A stretch of 63,075 nt of DNA, the filler included, from Pelomyxa schiedti (Eukaryota; Protista; Evosea), in NCBI GenBank assembly GCA_020536535.1. It is 7 parts of 7 records of this genome, joined end to end, with 100 filler letters (N's around TTAATTAATTAA, not from the genome) between each part and the next. Parts side by side here need not be neighbours in the genome. Positions count along the whole stretch, not along the records: positions 58,920 to 63,075 come from JAHLWZ010001634.1; 6 more parts are not named here. One strand, written 5' to 3'. Position 1 is the first letter of the stretch. Every line of letters starts with the position of its first letter. A program made the position numbers and the translations under genes. Positions 61,514 through 63,075 of the stretch are shown piece by piece. A model generated the notes under the pieces. That model was not told the DNA's origin and searched no databases. It worked only from the letters and a program-made list of their open reading frames with translations.

Positions 61514-62399
61514 CTTCGTCGCTCTCGATTCTTTTTGATTTGATGTGGAGAGTCTGATGAGTGGGAAACTGCAAAACACAAGAAAACAATGGAAGGAAAA
61601 GACCACAAGGAGGGTAGAGTCACACATGCTCCTCCTTCTTCTTGAGATCAGAGATCCGTTCTGTTTCCCGTGCCTGCCTAGTGTGTCGTGTGTCATATCA
61701 GTTCATGTACGTGTTGCATGGAGAATGGAATGTCGATGTGTGTTGTATGTTGTGCGGTTGTGTACCCCTTACTATTTCTAAGCAATCCTTAAGGTGGCTT
61801 TTTTTTTTTAATGTTAAATACAGAATTAACATGCAGTCTCCTCCTCAACACCACAGGTTCCTTCCTATGCTCCAAAACAAATAACTAATAATTGGCTCTC
61901 CTAGGCCTGTTGTGCGAAGAAGTTCAGCAATTCCAATGCTGTTTTTTCAGTGCAGGGATTTTCATGTTGGAGCACCCTGGGAATCCTGCAGAAATGTGAA
62001 ACAAAGGTTAAGGTAATCATTACTTGGAATTCCAATTACAATAGTTAATTCTAATTTAGGGTTGATGAACCAATTTTATGACAAACCTGGGAGTGAAATT
62101 GATACGTAGCTTGTTGATTGGTGTGCACAGACAGGATGCAACCAAAACATTAGGTACATATTCCTAAATAATAATAATAATAATAATAATTACCATGCCT
62201 ATTTCATAGAGATATATCATGAGTCGAATTCGCTATCCAAGTAAGTACTTGACAGTTAATATTACACAAATACAAGCCAATCAACCAATAAATACAACTG
62301 AAAATGAATAAATAGAGCGGTAACAATGCTACACAGCTTTGGATGATTTGATTTCCAAGCTTCAAATTCACATATCTAGCATTCTCACAAACGCGGGAA

Positions 62400-63075
62400 T
62401 TCCCCCATTCACTTGCCGGGTATTGTATGCATGATTCCCATCATTTCCGGACTAATTGTCGCAGGACGCGTGCTGCCAGTGCCGGAAATGTCCGCTTCAG
62501 TGCAGGTAATATCCTCGAAAATTGCCGGTTGAGAACACGATTCCGCGGTATCACTCTCGTAGTGCCATAACAATCAAGGCTCCGCCATGCCGGATTCTCT
62601 CTCGCCGCCACTGTGCTGAGAATTTTTTTGAGATAGTTTCGGATGACGACTGCTGTTGGATGAACAGCCCAATTTTCTTACCACTTATTCTTGAGCCACA
62701 AAGGAATCATCATAAATACCCAAACTCGGCACTCATTCTCGAATCTGGAACCAATACCTACAGTCCTACCACCATCACAGTGTTTTGTGATCGTAACAAT
62801 TTAGATGACTTGCTGAGCTCAGGAGGCAGAGCTCTCGCAACAACGGCATACCAAATTCAAACTCATGAATCCATCCACAATTGACTGGACATGGTCGTCG
62901 TCCCCGGCTGGCTCGACACCGCCTCCGTCCACCCCGACAGCGACGACGACGGCGGCGATTGGTGCCGAGGCCACGTCGACGTGTTCCGGGCGGCCGAGGC
63001 GATGTTCCCCCTCGCGGCCCTCGCCTCCCGCCGCGTCCTCGCCCGCCCGCACGGCCACGCACCCGGCAGCCGAGG
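62400..63075 (-). CDS. Possible multi-exon hypothetical gene (partial)
   Basis: GC-rich open region at the window end with plausible gtatg/gtatt donors; frame not resolved. Confidence 0.25.

Overview
Eukaryotic, gene-dense DNA with many short (about 40-60 nt) spliceosomal introns. The window is not contiguous. It is seven scaffolds joined by artificial N44-TTAATTAATTAA-N44 linkers (1-19409, 19510-23743, 23844-48857, 48958-51943, 52044-56716, 56817-58819, 58920-63075). Intron size, expanded ankyrin-like/MORN/Sel1-kinase families and anaerobic enzymes suggest an anaerobic amoeba such as Pelomyxa (inference only). Three loci stand out, all missed by the ORF track because they are split by introns. 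(1) A roughly 25-intron gene (27015-32696, -) encodes a bacterial-type Mo/W-bis-PGD formate dehydrogenase (Cys-His and Arg active site intact) fused to a GltD/SfrB-type FAD/NAD(P)H oxidoreductase and about six Fe-S motifs. (2) A six-exon gene (4627-5854, +; mirror copy 14628-15855) encodes one 284-aa H2B-linker-H2A histone doublet; the H2A half has H2A.Z-like docking features and an H2A.X-like TQEF end. (3) A REV1-like Y-family polymerase has its templating SRLHH motif changed to STFSH and carries a CCHC knuckle. Also present: an F-box-like/Rab-like GTPase with CaaX, importin-alpha-like gene ends, tandem MORN-coiled-coil-RING genes with a hairpin-bounded insertion, a Sel1-PINK1-like kinase, RPL18, a decayed Ty3/gypsy pol fragment, and a 9.1-kb-arm palindrome that is most likely a whole-genome-amplification foldback artefact. 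Exon structures were read by eye and need transcript confirmation.
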